DNA of 64,000 nucleotides. Source: Macrostomum lignano (taxonomy: Eukaryota). Positions 62,331-64,000 of this stretch are shown in pieces. The notes below the pieces were generated by a model. The model saw only the letters and a program-made list of their open reading frames with translations, made no database searches and was not told the origin of the DNA. Numbering within the stretch: the stretch's first letter is position 1; every line of letters begins with the position of its first letter. Both the position numbers and the translations under genes were made by a program. Where the stretch lies: positions 46,402 through 110,401 of the forward strand of contig NIVC01002207.1 in the NCBI GenBank assembly GCA_002269645.1. The letters run 5' to 3'.

Positions 62331-62952
62331 GGCTGGTTAAAGCATGCACGCAATCAACAGTTGGCTATAGTTGCACTTTAGTATGCAAATTTAATATCAA
62401 ATCAACACCTAGATTTTAAATGGCAATAACTGCTGTATGGCCAATTTATTGCAGTTTGTGTAGACACCGATAACCAAATGTCACTCGCAATTAAAGTTGG
62501 GAATAGTAGAGCGTCGGGCCTTTTTTCAGTAGTCTGTCTGAGCATTGTCACTTAAATTTAAAGCGGCAGCTAAAATTTTATATATTTTTAATCAGGATTT
62601 GCGGCCTCAGCAGCATATGGGGTTAAGAGTATACATGTATATATCAATAGATAATTTTCTTACACAACAAATTGGCTATTTTAATGTTGAAATTTTGAAA
62701 AACTGTTTGTTAAAAAAGCAGAAAACAACTTCTTATTTGGCTACTTTTTCTGCTCTAAACTAAAAATTTGTATCAACTTTGAGTGATTGCAATGCAACTT
62801 TTTTTTATCTTCTTGGCAGTGCATGTCTTTCTAGTGGAAGGGTGGTAGCATGTTTTGAAAAGGGGTAGAGGAGATTAGTAGGCCCAGAACAATAATAGGG
62901 GCCTAGGCCTAGCCTAGTCAATATAATAGGCAATCCTTCAGTTTCTTGCTTT

Positions 62953-63110
62953 CAGTGTTGGGCTCGATACTCAAAAAAGTATTGGTGAAAACCAATACTC
63001 TGAAACCCTTTCTGAAAAAAGTATCACCGATACCTGAAAGTCCGATATCCAAATTTGAGTATCGGCGATACCCTAATTCCAATACTCTATTCCAATATCC
63101 AGTTTTTGCA
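62953..63110. mobile_element. One end of a probable hAT-type MITE
   Basis: CAGTGTTGGG terminus followed by repeated CGATAC/GTATCG subterminal motifs; the partner end was not found. Confidence 0.4.
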
Positions 63111-64000
63111 AAAAGAATGCTTAACAAATATAGATGCATATAATTAAAGCCTCTCAGACCTTCTCCTAGATTTTTAAGGCCAAATAAAAACAAGCTTAGC
63201 ATTGTTTTAAATCATGAAGCCTTCAATAAAACTTATAAAATTAAAGTAACAAATGAAAACCAACAGTTGCCACTGTAGTCGATAATTAACTATTTACTAG
63301 CCTCTATAGTATTCTTCTTTACACCTATTAGCACTGTCATTGTTTTAGTATAGTGTGGCAGCCTGTTAGTCTGCGATTGGTACACCTGTAGCTTAACCTC
63401 AGCCTTGTTTTTAGGGTTGAGCGCACTTACATGTACACATGTACTCAGCCAGCCAGACCAAATGTTTTAAGCTGAGGTAGAGACTTAAAGCCTTACCTCA
63501 GATTGGGCAACACATCACCTCTCCACTCTCTATACATGTAATCCTAAGTAAATCGCGTACTTCTCTACCCTTTACTCAACTTGGCCTCACAATATATGTT
63601 TCCAAAATAGTGGATTTATTTATTTATTGCTATATGCATGTACATGTATGCATGCACATATGTTTGTATATGCATGTACACATTGTTCACTAAATTGCTT
63701 GTGTTACTAGTAGTGTAGCACTAATGTATTTGCTAATGTAGAAATTTTATATTAATTGGCAATCAGTGACTGACAGTGTTGCAGAACTTGCAACATGATA
63801 ATTGACTAAATAATATCATTTTAATGATAATTACTAATTATTATATTAGCTTTTTGTGTTCTAGTTTGACTGTGGGCTTTTAATTTGGTCACAGAGTTGA
63901 GCAAAGCCCAGAGAATGCTGACTAGTCTATGGCACAAACCAGAAGCAACTGATGGGCTTTTAAATTCGATAATGGACACAAATTTGGACACAGAAGACAA

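Overview
This is a eukaryotic (animal) genomic window with GT-AG introns, GC-rich exons and very dense tandem repeats. The overall style resembles a free-living flatworm such as Macrostomum, but the taxon is an inference. Plus strand: the 3' part of an alpha7-like nicotinic acetylcholine receptor gene with two duplicated 87-bp TM2 exons (773-859, 1387-1473), and a complete RNA polymerase II second-largest subunit gene (RPB2; 8 exons, 1179 aa). The RPB2 4-nt first coding exon probably lies ~10.8 kb upstream, across a CpG-decayed intron filled with MITEs and a 2-kb x3 repeat. Minus strand, six co-oriented genes: a ToxA-like SAM methyltransferase; a highly divergent p53/p63-family gene with a C-terminal SAM domain and apparently swapped zinc ligands; a glyoxylate/hydroxypyruvate-reductase-like dehydrogenase; an unidentified two-exon gene whose intron appears to host an intronless, frameshifted B-type cyclin; and Mediator subunit MED17. 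Almost every intron holds its own minisatellite. Mobile DNA includes two non-LTR 3' remnants, several MITEs with clear TSDs, and a three-level nest (CACTA-like > mariner > IS630/Tc1). All exon models were derived by hand from splice-site phase and protein-family recognition; no database search was run.
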